Below are positions 22,343 to 31,017 of a stretch of 42,138 bases of DNA, piece by piece (positions within the stretch are counted from its first letter, which is position 1; each line of letters opens with the position of its first letter). The DNA comes from a virus (taxonomy: Duplodnaviria > Heunggongvirae > Uroviricota > Caudoviricetes). Where the stretch lies: the IMG/VR virus record IMGVR_UViG_2737471818_000002, positions 1 to 42,138 of that record. The stretch is one strand, 5' to 3'. Both the position numbers and the translations under genes were made by a program. Under the pieces are notes generated by a model, which saw only the letters and a list, made by a program, of their open reading frames with translations, was not told the origin of the DNA and searched no databases.

Positions 22343-22808
22343 GGTTGAATAGCTCCTTGATACGAGAGCGTCGCTTATCGCGATCTCCCTTATCAGGTGT
22401 CACGTCTTCAACTTGCGACTGCTCTTTGAGGCCCAAATCACGGGCGATGATGTTAGCGTTGAGAAGGTCAGCGGCTGCGCCAGAGAATTTCTGGTCGTAG
22501 ATGATGTCTTCCGCTCGTGATGTGACGTCAGAAAAACCTTCCATTGACCGGAAGGTTCCCCATGTTTGCCTGGTGATATCAAGGAAGGTACACAATCCTG
22601 AAATAGTCATGGCTCGCATCTTAGGGACATTAGCCTTAATTATTTCTCCCTGATATGAAAATACCTTACCCTCCCATAGCGGGTTATCATCAGCCCACTC
22701 GAAGTATTCACAACAAGCAGCCCACAGCGCCTCAGGCGATTCGAATTTAGGGTTTCGCCCATGACTACTGCGGGCCTCCCAGAATCGGTTGCCCTTTGGT
22801 GCTGCCAT
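22320..22808 (-). CDS. Terminase small subunit (P22 gp3-like)
   Basis: 162 aa from [38 protein letters not shown], matching recalled P22 gp3 N-terminus. Confidence 0.8.
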   Translation of the reverse strand: MAAPKGNRFWEARSSHGRNPKFESPEALWAACCEYFEWADDNPLWEGKVFSYQGEIIKANVPKMRAMTISGLCTFLDITRQTWGTFRSMEGFSDVTSRAEDIIYDQKFSGAAADLLNANIIARDLGLKEQSQVEDVTPDKGDRDKRRSRIKELFNRGTGRDS

Positions 22809-22843
22809 ATTCATCTCACTTAATCGTTATTTCAGGTTGAGCA

Positions 22844-23086
22844 TCATGCTCCGGTGGTGAACAGGTCTAACGCTTCCTTCGATTTACGCACCGCTTCGAT
22901 AGTGCGGGTCGTGATATCTGAATTAGCGCCGCCTGACTGGAAGTGAATTTTGAATAGCTCAAGCTTCAACTCGTCAGTGCCAATGAACTGAAATGCTTCT
23001 TCTGCGGCTGCGTTCTGGTTCATGACCAGTTTGTAAATCTCTAACTGGAATTTCTGTTCTTCAGTCATGGGAATAATCTCTGCCAT
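22844..23086 (-). CDS. Hypothetical small acidic protein upstream of the terminase genes
   Basis: 80-aa ORF in the late operon; no motif recognised. Confidence 0.4.
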   Translation of the reverse strand: MAEIIPMTEEQKFQLEIYKLVMNQNAAAEEAFQFIGTDELKLELFKIHFQSGGANSDITTRTIEAVRKSKEALDLFTTGA

Positions 23087-23342
23087 TGTTGGCTCCGTTT
23101 ATCCGTTAAAAGGGATATCAGTTAAGTTATCCCGTGTAGGGTATAAGCCATTGTCGAGACCACTCATTGAATGGCCTCTGCAATAACCGATGTCTTTCCA
23201 TCAGTCCGCCACCACAAAGAATCTTTTTTGCCATAAGGCAGGAGGTTCATCTTTCAGTGGCTGCCAGTGTTATTTCCCCACTTACTGGCTTGGGTTGTTT
23301 CGCTGTACTGCCGTAATGCAAAAACTGGATTAACCTGCGAAA

Positions 23343-23873
23343 TCACACCATTCCGGGCAAATACATTTGCACTTCATTTGCCGCTCTCTCACGTGCAACA
23401 TGAAGCAATCTTTTTCGCCCACCAACGCCCCACTTAGCCATTTGGCTTGCGCACTGGCTTATCGCTTTGGTTTCAGTATTGATGATGTGATCGATTCTAT
23501 TCAGACGGGACATTGCGCCAACGCCGAGACGGACAACCGTTTTGAAAACTTCATAAACTTCGATTTCAAATTCCGGCTTAATCCATGCTGCATATCTGAT
23601 TGCCAGAAGCTCAACACCCCACACACCTGGTTCTGCACCACCTTTGATTATTTTAAGTGGTTGAATTTGTTCCAAAGTGCTTTTTTGCACTTTGGCCTCC
23701 AGTGCTTTTATGAAGCGTTTTATCTGCGCGCTACGCAAAAACTGGCTTGGGCGCTGTTGCTCTGTAGCCTCTCCATTTGCAACTGCTGCTGCATGGAGAT
23801 CGTTTAAGTTGTAGCGTCCATCCTCATCAACACGAACGGACACACCATTGACAATAACTGTTGGGTACTTCAT
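23343..23873 (-). CDS. KilA-N domain-containing protein
   Basis: 176-aa ORF; N-terminal pattern (NLNDLH...FLRS...IKGG...GVWG...LAIRYAAWIKPEF) typical of the KilA-N DNA-binding domain. Confidence 0.5.
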   Translation of the reverse strand: MKYPTVIVNGVSVRVDEDGRYNLNDLHAAAVANGEATEQQRPSQFLRSAQIKRFIKALEAKVQKSTLEQIQPLKIIKGGAEPGVWGVELLAIRYAAWIKPEFEIEVYEVFKTVVRLGVGAMSRLNRIDHIINTETKAISQCASQMAKWGVGGRKRLLHVARERAANEVQMYLPGMV

Positions 23874-24020
23874 CAGTGATTACCTTTTAGTGATGAACCT
23901 TGTCACACAGGATTCCGGCCCACAGAAAGGCACCGATCACCAAACCGGCATCCTCAAGGGTCATCCTGAAAGGTTCTGTGTTCAGAAGTCGCGCGTGTGA
24001 AGCGCGTTTGTTGCAGATAT

Positions 24021-24044
24021 AAAAAAGCCCCGCGAATGCGAGGC
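24021..24044 (-). terminator. Intrinsic terminator downstream of the lysis cassette
   Basis: GCCTCGC-ATTC-GCGGGGC hairpin followed by 6-7 U on the minus strand. Confidence 0.5.
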
Positions 24045-24219
24045 TAAATCCTGGTATTTGTAATGAACTGGCTCTTATCTCAACGCAGCCCCTTACCGCG
24101 CGCCAGATGCTCAATATCAAGCATCAGCAATGAGATGTTTAATCTGGATTCACTCCAGAAGTGATCACCATCCTGTCTACAGAGCCAGATGTGAAGAATG
24201 ATGAGTAAAATTATCGCTA

Positions 24220-24657
24220 TCATCGAAGGCATTGCGTCCTGATGTATTCCTGCAGGTAGTTAACCTGCGCGGTTATCTTGTCGATTCCACTTCGGAGACG
24301 GTAATAATTGAGTTCAGCATCTGCTGTAAGTCCTGGGCTTTCTCCATCGCCCATGCCGCTGGCTCCGGTCTTTGACTTTGCACATGAGGCGGCGACTTGC
24401 AGCCGCTTACGCCCAGCAGAAACATCATCACGGAGACTTTCGATAGTCGCGTTAGCATCAGCAAGCTCCTTTGTGTATCTTGCGTCGAGTTCTGCTACAT
24501 CACGTTGACGCTTCCGCATGTCAGCGATGGTGGATGTGGCTTTGTCGCGCTGGGCTTTGTAGGTAATCGCGTTATCGCGGTAATGATTAACAGCCCATGA
24601 CAGGCAGACGATGACGCAGATAACCAGAGCGGAGATAATCGCGGTTACTCTGCTCAT
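24220..24657 (-). CDS. rz: Spanin inner-membrane subunit Rz (i-spanin); N-terminus lambda-like, C-terminus divergent
   Basis: 145-aa ORF; N-terminal TM helix [39 protein letters not shown] matches recalled lambda Rz; overlaps R stop. Confidence 0.85.
   Translation of the reverse strand: MSRVTAIISALVICVIVCLSWAVNHYRDNAITYKAQRDKATSTIADMRKRQRDVAELDARYTKELADANATIESLRDDVSAGRKRLQVAASCAKSKTGASGMGDGESPGLTADAELNYYRLRSGIDKITAQVNYLQEYIRTQCLR
24273..24464 (-). CDS. rz1: Spanin outer-membrane lipoprotein Rz1 (o-spanin), embedded in the +1 frame of rz
   Basis: 63-aa ORF inside rz; signal peptide with lipobox (LLGVSGC) followed by Pro-rich segment. Confidence 0.65.
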   Translation of the reverse strand: MLMLTRLSKVSVMMFLLGVSGCKSPPHVQSQRPEPAAWAMEKAQDLQQMLNSIITVSEVESTR

Positions 24658-25130
24658 ACCTCAATCTCTCTGACAGTTCCGCCTGCTTCCTTGAATTTTG
24701 CAATCAGGCTGTCAGCCTTATGCTCGAACTGACCATAACCAGCGCCCGGAAGTGAAGCCCAGATATTGCTGCAACGGTCAATTGCCTGACGAATATCACC
24801 GCGATCAATCATCGGCAAAGCGCCACGTTCCTTAATCTGCTGCAATGCCACAGCGTCCTGGCTTTTCGGAGAGAAATCTTTCAGGCCAAGCTGCTTACGG
24901 TAGGCATCCCACCAACGGGAAAGAAGCTGGTAACGTCCGGCTGCTGTTGATTTGAGTTTTGGGTTTAGCGTGACAAGTTTGCGAGGGTGATCGGAGTAAT
25001 CAGTGAATAGCTCTCCGCCTACAATGACGTCATAACCATGATTTCTGGTTTTCTGACGTCCGTTATCAGTTCCCTCTGACCACGCCAGCATATCGAGGAA
25101 CGCCTTACGTTGATTATTGATTTCCACCAT
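24654..25130 (-). CDS. R: Endolysin, lambda R-type lytic transglycosylase
   Basis: 158-aa ORF nearly identical to recalled lambda R ([35 protein letters not shown]...). Confidence 0.9.
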   Translation of the reverse strand: MVEINNQRKAFLDMLAWSEGTDNGRQKTRNHGYDVIVGGELFTDYSDHPRKLVTLNPKLKSTAAGRYQLLSRWWDAYRKQLGLKDFSPKSQDAVALQQIKERGALPMIDRGDIRQAIDRCSNIWASLPGAGYGQFEHKADSLIAKFKEAGGTVREIEV

Positions 25131-25437
25131 CTTCTACTCCGGCTTTTTTAGCAGCGAAGCGTTTGATAAGCGAGCCAATCGAGTCAGTACCGATGTAGCC
25201 GATGAACACGCTCGTTATATAAGCGAGATTGCTACTTAGTCCGGCGAAGTCGAGAAGGTCACGAATGAACCAGGCGATAATGGCGCACATCGTTGCGTCG
25301 ATTACTGTTTTTGTAAACGCACCGCCATTATATCTGCCGCGAAGGTACGCCATTGCAAACGCAAGGATTGCCCCGATGCCTTGTTCCTTTGCCGCGAGAA
25401 TGGCGGCTAACAGGTCATGTTTTTCTGGCATCTTCAT
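25114..25437 (-). CDS. S: Holin, lambda S-type with dual-start MKM motif
   Basis: 107-aa ORF nearly identical to recalled lambda S107; three TM segments; the upstream region also matches the lambda S leader. Confidence 0.9.
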   Translation of the reverse strand: MKMPEKHDLLAAILAAKEQGIGAILAFAMAYLRGRYNGGAFTKTVIDATMCAIIAWFIRDLLDFAGLSSNLAYITSVFIGYIGTDSIGSLIKRFAAKKAGVEDGGNQ

Positions 25438-25969
25438 GTCTTACCCCCAATAAGGGGATTTGCTCTATTTAATTAGGAATAAGGTCGATTACTGATAGAA
25501 CAAATCCAGGCTACTGTGTTTAGTAATCAGATTTGTTCGTGACCGATATGCACGGGCAAAACGGCATGAGGTTGTTAGCGCGACCTCCTGTCACCCGCTT
25601 TCACGAAGATCATGTGTAGAATGCCGCAGCGTAACTATCACTGATGAATTCAGGACAGCCAGTGGCTACGGCTCAGTTTGGGTGTGGCGGTCGGTGCTGA
25701 ACTCCGACTTAATGACGATAGGCGTGTACCGACGCCTCGTTTTACTTCCTCCGCTTTCACGGCTTCACCCTAGACCAGCTTTACGAAATCCTCGTAAACC
25801 TAACCGCGGCAGATATGACCGGCACGGTGTGCCATATCACGGACCGGCGGGTGTCTCGTTCACCTGATTAACGCATCAGCCTGCGTATTCACCACAACGA
25901 TAAGAGCACTGCGCGGCACCTTTCACCAATTCCGCGAGGTCTGCGGGTTCAATGCTCTTACCTGTTGTG

Positions 25970-26015
25970 CAAACAAAAAAGCCACCGTTGCAACTTAAGA
26001 GTCACTAACGGCAGC
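25970..26015 (-). terminator. Candidate tR'-type terminator of the short late leader transcript
   Basis: GC-rich inverted repeat followed by UUUUUUGUUUG on the minus strand; downstream sequence matches the lambda post-tR' region as recalled. Confidence 0.4.
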
Positions 26016-26025
26016 TTACCCTCTA

Positions 26026-26055
26026 ATTATGGCTAAATGGCTAATTGCATGTCAA
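26026..26055 (-). promoter_or_regulatory. Candidate late promoter PR' (and qut region) overlapping the end of the Q gene
   Basis: Minus strand reads TTGACA, 18-bp spacer, CATAAT; the -35 lies in the last Q codons and the -10 just after the stop. Confidence 0.4.
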
Positions 26056-26551
26056 GGTTTTTAACAGCAACATGCTTAATTTTCTCAACACGTTTACGCA
26101 TTTTGAAAGCATTTTGCATTGGTTGGTACAAAACAAATAATGACGCTTTCAGGATGTCGTCAATTTCGTTTCTACAGGTTGCCAGTGAAGGTTTTCTCCA
26201 TCCCTCGCCACCACGTCCACACATCTTGCGTGGCTTTGCAGTCGCGTGATAGTAGGATGCAATTGCTCGCTTAGATGAACCATGAGCGTAGTAGCTGAGG
26301 AGGATGCCAAAGGCTTTCTTGTCAATGCACATGACGGAATCGACGACCTGAGAAATCAACATTCCATCATCATCATTGCACATTGGCCTTGTCATAACTC
26401 TTCCCGGCTCTACGCTCTCCATGAACTTCGCTATTACGCTGCTCATGCGCTTTTCCAGACGACCTGAATAAACCCATGCGCCCCACAGTTCAAGCCAGCC
26501 ATTCAGCCACTCATGCTGTTCTTTGGTGAGGTTTAGTTCTCTTATGCTCAT
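26033..26551 (-). CDS. Late-gene antitermination protein Q (QuuD-like)
   Basis: 172-aa ORF directly upstream of the lysis cassette; recalled similarity to DLP12 QuuD (SSVIAKFM...RPMC.DDDGMLISQVVDSV). Confidence 0.7.
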   Translation of the reverse strand: MSIRELNLTKEQHEWLNGWLELWGAWVYSGRLEKRMSSVIAKFMESVEPGRVMTRPMCNDDDGMLISQVVDSVMCIDKKAFGILLSYYAHGSSKRAIASYYHATAKPRKMCGRGGEGWRKPSLATCRNEIDDILKASLFVLYQPMQNAFKMRKRVEKIKHVAVKNLDMQLAI

Positions 26552-26736
26552 CGCCTTCCCTTTTTGCCTGGCGTTACCATCAGGACGCCGTTAACTATTA
26601 CGTGACGCTCACCTTTGCTGTCTCGGTTGTACTTGAGCACTGTTCCTCTTGCGCAGGAAAGCATCCTCGCCACTTCGGTCTGATTGCCTCGTGTCTGGAT
26701 AAGAAGCTCTGGTATCGTTTGAATTGTGGCGTTCAT
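26548..26736 (-). CDS. ninH: NinH-like protein
   Basis: 62-aa ORF; motif GNQTEVARML.C.RGTV.KY matches recalled lambda NinH. Confidence 0.65.
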   Translation of the reverse strand: MNATIQTIPELLIQTRGNQTEVARMLSCARGTVLKYNRDSKGERHVIVNGVLMVTPGKKGRR

Positions 26737-27095
26737 ACGTTCTCCAGTTCGGTGATTTTTATTCCAAGCCTTCCGCCTGGTACTTTCACACCACGAATTA
26801 CGCGAATGTCATCGAATTGCTCGTCGTCTTCCGCAAATCCGGCGTGGATAAGTGAGTCGAGTAAACCTTTCAGGATGTTATCGAGGTCGCGGCGGCGGGA
26901 GTCTGGAACGTCTGCGATGACTTTGATGCGGAGTCGTGATTTGGTGAAAATGTCTAACTTAAGTTGGCGGATGATTTGCTGAACGTCTTTTCGGTATTTC
27001 TGGCCTTTATCGCTGATGTAGTATTGACTTCCCCGTCTTCGCCAGTAGGTATTCACCGACGGCGGGTATGGAAGCACAAACTGATATTCGTTCAT
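26733..27095 (-). CDS. rusA: Holliday junction resolvase RusA
   Basis: 120-aa ORF; conserved RusA pattern (LPYPPSVNTYWRRR...RRRDLDN...K...D). Confidence 0.85.
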   Translation of the reverse strand: MNEYQFVLPYPPSVNTYWRRRGSQYYISDKGQKYRKDVQQIIRQLKLDIFTKSRLRIKVIADVPDSRRRDLDNILKGLLDSLIHAGFAEDDEQFDDIRVIRGVKVPGGRLGIKITELENV

Positions 27096-27382
27096 GACTT
27101 AATCTTCCCCTCCTTCAGCAGTATCGCCTGCGTCCTGATCACGCCTTCGAGGTGGTAAAGTCTGGCGTCTTTGTTGTCGAGGTTATGGGTGCGTCGGTCG
27201 ATTTCATCGTGACACGCGCTACAAGCCCATGCGCCGATCATGTCGTCAGGTTTCATTCCCGTTCCGCAAATTCCAGCCATCCGGTAATGTGCCAGAACTG
27301 TAGTTTCAGGATTTCCATTGCATATGCCGTAAATACGTACCTGGCATTCTCTTCCGCGCGCTTCTTTGCGTAGGTTAGCCAT
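27092..27382 (-). CDS. YbcO-like (DUF1364) nin-region protein
   Basis: 96-aa ORF; MANLRKEARGRECQVRI.G.CNGNPETTVLAH...CSACHDEIDRRTH matches recalled DLP12 YbcO. Confidence 0.6.
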   Translation of the reverse strand: MANLRKEARGRECQVRIYGICNGNPETTVLAHYRMAGICGTGMKPDDMIGAWACSACHDEIDRRTHNLDNKDARLYHLEGVIRTQAILLKEGKIKS

Positions 27383-27767
27383 GACTTCTCCCCCATTTCT
27401 CTTGGCATCTCCTCAACCACACTCGCATATTTTGGCTGGTAATATCGGTATGCTCTCCGCTGTATTCATTTTGTGAGTGCTTGCATCTCACATAAACAAA
27501 TACGGCAAGCAATGGATATGCGAATAACAAAATAAATAACAGAGCTGTAGCAACAGATACTTTCACAAAAAATGCAGGCAACTCTCTGACCTGATAGTCT
27601 GGAAAATCCAAGAATTCATCGATTATGTTGTTAGCAACATTGGTAGTTGCTATACATGCGACTGACAGACAATCAAAATAATTAAAGTCATATCCAGCCG
27701 CAGCAGCCCATGTTGGATTGTCTTGAAAATGTTTAAACGTTATTTGTCCGTATCGGCTAATCACCAT
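27375..27767 (-). CDS. Hypothetical membrane protein in AT-rich nin-region segment
   Basis: 130-aa ORF; one strongly hydrophobic helix (VKVSVATALLFILLFAYPLLAVFVYV); clearly lower GC than neighbours. Confidence 0.4.
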   Translation of the reverse strand: MVISRYGQITFKHFQDNPTWAAAAGYDFNYFDCLSVACIATTNVANNIIDEFLDFPDYQVRELPAFFVKVSVATALLFILLFAYPLLAVFVYVRCKHSQNEYSGEHTDITSQNMRVWLRRCQEKWGRSHG

Positions 27768-27942
27768 CGTCTTCTTCCTCGTACATTGAGCTATTCGGAT
27801 CGCTCATCAGTTCTGCACAGCAGTGCTCACACACGTGAACTTCCAGCACACGCAGCTTCTGACCGCAGTTAGCGCACGTTAAAGCTCGCTCGACGCTTTC
27901 TTTCTGGTATTGGAGGTATTGGGATAGGCTAAGCATTAACAA
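27757..27942 (-). CDS. ninF: NinF-like protein
   Basis: ESVERALTCANCGQKLRVLEVHVCEHCCAELMSDPNSSM matches recalled lambda NinF. Confidence 0.7.
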   Translation of the reverse strand: MLMLSLSQYLQYQKESVERALTCANCGQKLRVLEVHVCEHCCAELMSDPNSSMYEEEDDGD

Positions 27943-28873
27943 CCTCCATACAAACTTTCACGAATGCCGTTGCTACTTCTGCATTGATTGCGTTTCCATA
28001 TCCAATAATTCGCTGATCTTGATTGCGCTTTGCCATTCCTCCCAGTGTGGACTTGCCTCGTCCCAAGCTTTTGGCAATGCCATTAACCATCGGGAATGAG
28101 CCGGGTCTAACTGGACGATATTTTTCATCTCTACAGTAAAGCCAGTCTGCATCTCTCCAGAAGCCGTTAACCGGTAATGGGTACATAGCTTCACCGTCCC
28201 GGGAAGTTTCAAGCAGATTCTTGGGGTTCCGCTCTTGTCTTTTCCGCTGTAGCAATGCGTTGAACCTGTTGCATCGTTCGCTAAAGGAGTTTGCCATCCA
28301 GCTAGTCTCACGCATCCAGATAGGTTCTGAATTCCCCTGCGCGTTTCTGGCTGAAAGTTGATATTTGTCGTTGGAGTAGGCCACCCAATACAATCGCTGC
28401 CTGATGTGCGGAGAACCGAAGCCCGCAGCGCAAATATCGGTACCTGCAGAGGTGTAGTTCGCACCTTCCAAGTCAGTTTGTACAAGGTCGAGCCAAGCGA
28501 GGCCGTCTGCGCTTGCAACCTGTTCGCCAATAACGATGCCAGGATTGCATTTTTCAATAAGCCAGAAGAATGCCGGCCATAAGTGCCGCTCGTCATCAAC
28601 CCCTTTTCCTTTGCCTGCCGAGCTGAAAGGTTGGCATGGGCAACTTCCTGTCCAGACACTCTTGTTGTCTGGCCATCCTGCTTTTCTAAGTGCATAGCTC
28701 CAAACTCCGATTCCTGCAAAAAAGTGGTGCTGGGTAAATCCTCGCAAATCACCTGGTGTGACATCTTCAATACTCCTTTCATCTACATAACCGGGGGCAA
28801 TTTCTCCAGCGTCAATTAAGTTACGCAGCCATTGCGCTGCATACGGATCTATTTCGTTGTAATACGCAGTCAT
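27929..28873 (-). CDS. Orphan DNA (cytosine-5) methyltransferase
   Basis: C5-MTase motifs in canonical order: FAGIG (I), PCQPFS (IV), GEQV (VI), RQR (VIII), GYGNAI (X); start placed at the Met with GAGGA RBS; no adjacent restriction gene. Confidence 0.7.
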   Translation of the reverse strand: MTAYYNEIDPYAAQWLRNLIDAGEIAPGYVDERSIEDVTPGDLRGFTQHHFFAGIGVWSYALRKAGWPDNKSVWTGSCPCQPFSSAGKGKGVDDERHLWPAFFWLIEKCNPGIVIGEQVASADGLAWLDLVQTDLEGANYTSAGTDICAAGFGSPHIRQRLYWVAYSNDKYQLSARNAQGNSEPIWMRETSWMANSFSERCNRFNALLQRKRQERNPKNLLETSRDGEAMYPLPVNGFWRDADWLYCRDEKYRPVRPGSFPMVNGIAKSLGRGKSTLGGMAKRNQDQRIIGYGNAINAEVATAFVKVCMEVVNA

Positions 28874-28875
28874 CG

Positions 28876-29052
28876 TCATTTCCTCGCACGATGTCTTAGC
28901 CACCGGATATCCCACAGGTGAGCCGTGTAGTTGAAGGTTTTTACGTCAGATTCTTTTGGGATTGGCTTGCGTTTATTTCTGGAGCGTTTCGTTGGAAGGT
29001 ATTTGCAGTTTTCGCAGATTATGTCGGTGATACTTCGTCGCTGTCGTCTCAT
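28876..29052 (-). CDS. ninD: NinD-like protein
   Basis: [30 protein letters not shown] matches recalled lambda NinD; start overlaps the ninB stop. Confidence 0.6.
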   Translation of the reverse strand: MRRQRRSITDIICENCKYLPTKRSRNKRKPIPKESDVKTFNYTAHLWDIRWLRHRARK

Positions 29053-29486
29053 GCCGCCCTGTCTCCCCATCGCGCTCTCCACTCCAGAGCCAGTCGCGCT
29101 TCGTCTGACCACTTAACGCCACGCTCTGTACCGAATGCCTGTATAAGCTCTAATAGCTCCGCAAATTCGCTTACACGCATCCTGCTGGTTGACTGGCCTA
29201 TTACCACAAAGCCATTCCCGGCAAGGTTAGGAACAACGTCCTGCTGCTTTAATGCTGCGGTAAACACACACTTCCAGCTTTCTGCATCCAGCCAGCGCCC
29301 ATGCCATTCAACCTGACGAGAGACGTCACCAAGGCAAGCCCAAAGCTTTCGATTCTGGTCTAAGCTGCGGTTGCGTTCCTGAATGGTTACTACGATTGGT
29401 TTGGTTGGGTCTGGAAGGATTTGCTGTACTGCGTGAATAGCGTTTTGCTGATGTGCTGGAGATCGAATTTCAAAGGTTAGCTTTTT
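29049..29486 (-). CDS. ninB: NinB (recombination-associated ssDNA-binding) protein
   Basis: 146 aa from [34 protein letters not shown]; near-identical to recalled lambda NinB. Confidence 0.8.
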   Translation of the reverse strand, partial: KKLTFEIRSPAHQQNAIHAVQQILPDPTKPIVVTIQERNRSLDQNRKLWACLGDVSRQVEWHGRWLDAESWKCVFTAALKQQDVVPNLAGNGFVVIGQSTSRMRVSEFAELLELIQAFGTERGVKWSDEARLALEWRARWGDRAA

Positions 29487-29565
29487 CATGACTTCCCTCT
29501 CCCCCAAATAAAAAGGCCTGCGATTACCAGCAGGCCTGTTATTAGCTCAGTGATGTAGATGGTCA

Positions 29566-31017
29566 TCAGAATCCTCCTTTCTTCTTGGATTGCGGTTCCT
29601 CGCGTTCACGGCGGCGCATTTCAGCAGACTGTTGGTCTGTGTCATAAATAGCGCCATTTGCCTGAATGCAATACACCGTGCCGGTATTGCCATGACGGTT
29701 GAGACGAAGGATTAGTTCGGTTTCACCAGGTGGAACACTGTCATCAAAAGCACCTTCCCGATGGATCCCCACCCAATAATCGCAATCCTGTTCAATCTGC
29801 CCTGTATCGCGCGAGTCACTTGGTAATGGGCGTTTATTGGTTCGGCTTTCCAATGCGCGGTTAAGCTGTGTCAGAAGCACAACAACGCAATCAAGCTCTT
29901 TGGCAAGGTTCTTCAGTCCTTTGGTGATCATGCCGTATGCAAGGTCGTTGCGATCGGCCTTTTCAGCGGTCATTAGCGTCAGGTAATCGACCAGAATCAT
30001 GCCAACGCATCCTTTTTCTCGTTTGATTCGACGGCTTTCGCTGACGATTTGAGCCAGAGATAATCCCGGCGTGTCGTCGATGTAAAGCAGGTCGATTTCA
30101 CTCAAGCGATTGGCTGTTTCGATCGCCCTGTTGAAGTCACCATCGTAATCACCCTGATAGCCGTCATCAGCGTCATTTGTCGCCGGAAGGTAAAAAATAT
30201 TTGGGTTAACACCTGACTTCTGCCCTACCAGTTTTTCCAGTATCTGGTCACCTGGCATTTCAAGGCTGAACATCAGAGCGGGCTTTTTCTCATGCACTGC
30301 GCAGTTGATTGCCATCTGGCTGTATAGCGTCGTTTTCCCCATCTTAGGGCGAGCGCCAATGACAAACAGAGAGCCTTTCACCAGACCTTTCGGTGACAGC
30401 ATCCTGTCCAGCGATGGGATCCCTGTGCTCATTCCTCGTTGTTCGCCTGACGGGTCAAATCGCTTCTCAAGGTCGCTAACCCAGTCTTCCATGACCTCAC
30501 CAAATGAGCGAAGGCCGCGACGCGATCCGGTTTTTGCATGGTCTGTCAGTTGCGTGAAAATCGCCTGAATAGCTTCGTACTTCTGCGTCGCAGTCATTCC
30601 GTTGCGGGAATAGAGCAATTCCGTCGCTTCAGTCATGCGGTTGATGGCGTAGCGTTCCATTGCGGTTTCACGAACCTGCATTGCATAGGCAACGATGTTT
30701 GCTGCGCTTGGCGTGTTCTTTGCGATCTCAGCGATATAAGCAAAACCGCCAACAGACACCGTTAACGATTTGCGCTCCAGTTCATCGAAAAGCGTCAGGC
30801 CATCTACTGGCTTTTGCTCCCGGTGCATTCTGGTTATTTCTTCGAAAAGGATTTTGTGTGGTCGGCTGTAAAATGAATCGGGCTTCAGCATCGCCAGAAC
30901 TTTCTGGACGCGCTCACTGCTGTCATCATCCAGAAGCAATCCACCAATCACCGCCTGCTCTGCCTCGATGCTATGGGGCGGCGCATAAAAATTATCGGTC
31001 ATCGTGTTCACCCTCAC
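29566..31017 (-). CDS. Replicative DNA helicase, DnaB-like (P22 gene 12 type)
   Basis: 483-aa ORF; Walker A (GARPKMGKTT) and DnaB-family architecture; follows the initiator gene. Confidence 0.9.
   Translation of the reverse strand: MRVNTMTDNFYAPPHSIEAEQAVIGGLLLDDDSSERVQKVLAMLKPDSFYSRPHKILFEEITRMHREQKPVDGLTLFDELERKSLTVSVGGFAYIAEIAKNTPSAANIVAYAMQVRETAMERYAINRMTEATELLYSRNGMTATQKYEAIQAIFTQLTDHAKTGSRRGLRSFGEVMEDWVSDLEKRFDPSGEQRGMSTGIPSLDRMLSPKGLVKGSLFVIGARPKMGKTTLYSQMAINCAVHEKKPALMFSLEMPGDQILEKLVGQKSGVNPNIFYLPATNDADDGYQGDYDGDFNRAIETANRLSEIDLLYIDDTPGLSLAQIVSESRRIKREKGCVGMILVDYLTLMTAEKADRNDLAYGMITKGLKNLAKELDCVVVLLTQLNRALESRTNKRPLPSDSRDTGQIEQDCDYWVGIHREGAFDDSVPPGETELILRLNRHGNTGTVYCIQANGAIYDTDQQSAEMRRREREEPQSKKKGGF

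Noticed and set aside
22320-22814. Possible pac site inside the small terminase gene (GAAGACATCAT-like sequence resembling the P22 pac core)
   Set aside because: The resemblance is partial and I cannot verify the P22 pac sequence from memory precisely; it would need an alignment or terminase cleavage mapping.
23887-24120. 77-aa minus-strand ORF between Rz and the KilA-N gene
   Set aside because: The ORF spans a strong hairpin plus U-tract terminator and has no RBS; more likely non-coding.
27973-28782. 269-aa ORF in an alternative frame on the same strand, overlapping the methyltransferase gene
   Set aside because: The other frame contains the complete ordered C5-methyltransferase motif set; this ORF is most likely a GC-bias artefact, though a sequencing frameshift cannot be excluded from sequence alone.
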